From Podarcis vaucheri (Eukaryota), in NCBI GenBank assembly GCA_965113315.1, contig OZ220372.1: 64,000 nucleotides of DNA; one strand, given 5' to 3'. Under the pieces are notes generated by a model. That model made no database searches. It was not told the origin of the DNA and saw only the letters and a program-made list of their open reading frames with translations. Both the position numbers and the translations under genes were made by a program. Below are positions 61,880 to 64,000 of the stretch, piece by piece. Numbering within the stretch: position 1 is the first letter of the stretch; each line of letters opens with the position of its first letter.

Positions 61880-62644
61880 TGTAAAGTATTGCACTTGGGC
61901 AAAAAAAATGAGAGGCACAAATACAAGATGGGGGACACCTGGCTTGAGAGCAGTACATGTGAAAAGGATCTAGGAGTCTTGGTTGACCACAAACTTGACA
62001 TGAGCCAACAGTGTGACGCGGCAGCTAAAAAAGCCAATGCAATTCTGGGCTGCATCAATAGGAGTATAGCATCTAGATCAAGGGAAGTAATAGTGCCACT
62101 GTATTCTGCTCTGGTCAGACCACACCTGGAGTACTGTGTCCAGTTCTGGGCACCACAATTCAAGAAGGACACTGACAAACTGGAACGTGTCCAGAGGAGG
62201 GCAACCAAAATGGTCAAAGGCCTGGAAACGATGCCTTATGAGGAACGGCTAAGGGAGCTGGGCATGTTTAGCCTGGAGAAGAGGAGGTTAAGGGGTGATA
62301 TGATAGCCATGTTCAAATATATAAAAGGATGTCACATAGAGGAGGGAGAAAGGTTGTTTTCTGCTGCTCCGGAGAAGCGGACACGGAGCAATGGATCCAA
62401 ACTACAAGAAAGAAGATTCCACCTAAACATTAGGAAGAACTTCCTGACAGTAAGAGCTGTTCGACAGTGGAATTTGCTGCCAAGGAGTGTGGTGGAGTCT
62501 CCTACTTTGGAGGTCTTTAAGCAGAGGCTTGACAACCATATGTCAGGAGTGCTCTGATGGTGTTTCCTGCTTGGCAGGGGGTTGGACTCGATGGCCCTTG
62601 TGGTCTCTTCCAACTCTATGATTCTATGATTCTATGATTCTATG
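61880..62644 (+). mobile_element. Young 5'-truncated CR1 LINE with uninterrupted ORF2 C-terminus
   Basis: ORF 61889-62557 ([44 protein letters not shown]) and an (ATTCTATG)n tail. Confidence 0.95.
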
Positions 62645-64000
62645 AATGTCTCTCTAGCTGAATGTAATACAGGAGGCACCATACAGTATCCTAATATATC
62701 AAAATCACAATGCACTATGCACTGACTGCACAACCTCCATTCATTCCAATTGGGCTCATGTGGCATCCAGTGTTCCCACTGAAACTAATGCTATGCTAAC
62801 CTGATATTGGCGAGAGTCACAATCATATACAATTAATTGAAGCAGGAGTTCCAGGACGGCAGAGTACTACAGATACTATAAACTTGGTTGAATTCCAGAT
62901 AATCTTCTAGCATTTATATCATTTTGTCCCTAATCAGATACAATAAATAAAATGTGAGCCTCCTGAACATCAGCAATTTGTAAAATGGCTTGTTGCTTAC
63001 ACTGTTACTTAGAGACCACATTCTCCAGGTTTATGAAGTTTAACCTCCAAGTTCATCTGGGTGTCAGAGACATTCTCAATGATTTTCCCCACACCTGTGG
63101 AACTCACGTCCTTTGCATTAATTATGAGTCTGAGAAGACTTGCAATACCTTCTCTTCACTGGGACAAGTGCTAATCCTTTATTCTATCCCTTGGGCTGGG
63201 TTTCAATAATAAAGAAGATTCATATTATAATACTTAAGAAGGTTCACTAGACTTTATGCTTCAAACAATGCAACAGAAGACAATAAGGGTGTATGATTTA
63301 TGACTCAACCAATGAGACTGACAGGCAATACCAACAGACAAGACTCAACACACAGTCATTTGGGGGAAAGTTTCAGCAAAGATTTATGCCACCCTTTTGG
63401 CATAATTATGACATTGAGCCACCATACACAGTTCTTTCTAGTGTGGCAACCATTCATGAGATTTTTTTGCTCGTTTCCAACCTGTGCTGGTACTGCAGTT
63501 TAACATGTCCTCGGAACCTTTATCTTAAGCCCAGACTCCATGAGCAGTAATCACATTGAATGTTTAAAATAGTTATTTTTAACTGTTTTTACCTATAATT
63601 TAATTGTTTTATTCTTTTTGTAAACTGCTCTGAAGTTTTTTTTTACAATCAAGCAGTGTATAAATGTTATGAAAATAAATACAAACATATAAAATTGTCA
63701 AAGTATCAAGGAGGACTATGCATAACATTCAATTAAGTTTTACTCAGAGGAGATATATTGAAATTAATGGATCTAACTTAGCCACAGTCATTAATTTAAA
63801 TAGATCTACTCTAAGTAAAACTTAGGTGAATACTACCCTACCCAACTACTGTGTCAAAATAGGAAATCAGTACTATATCCAATCCAAATAAATCATGAAC
63901 AGTTTGAGTCACATGAGTGTTAAGTTTAAAAGCTGCAATATATAGTAAACTTCACATAATATAACAATTAGCAGTACCCTGTCTGTCATACTCTCCTTTC

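Overview
This is vertebrate genomic DNA from a squamate reptile, most likely a lacertid lizard, judged from Sauria/Squam SINEs and CR1, L2, L1, Penelope, hAT and Tc1/mariner-pogo repeats. The one resident gene is BEND7 on the minus strand. I can place seven internal coding exons with GT-AG boundaries and consistent phases (58227-58310, 49710-50009, 42117-42239, 41292-41557, 27602-27827, 21866-21985, 21236-21286) and a probable terminal exon (17484-17527). Exon 1 lies beyond the right edge. The most striking feature is a set of non-autonomous hAT-type elements carrying captured GC-rich host DNA, resembling Pack-MULE/Pack-TIR elements. Two sibling elements (1457-2992 and 7016-8332) have near-identical arms and perfect 8-bp TSDs but unrelated cargo. 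One carries the 5' end, ATG and half of the SIX domain of SIX5. A third element of another family (5268-6205) carries a complete signal-peptide first exon of an unidentified gene, and a fourth, older candidate lies at 33860-34736. The window also holds an internally deleted and rearranged Penelope-like element with a minimal hammerhead ribozyme, plus fold-back Penelope mini-insertions. All gene and family names come from recognising sequence by eye and need database confirmation.
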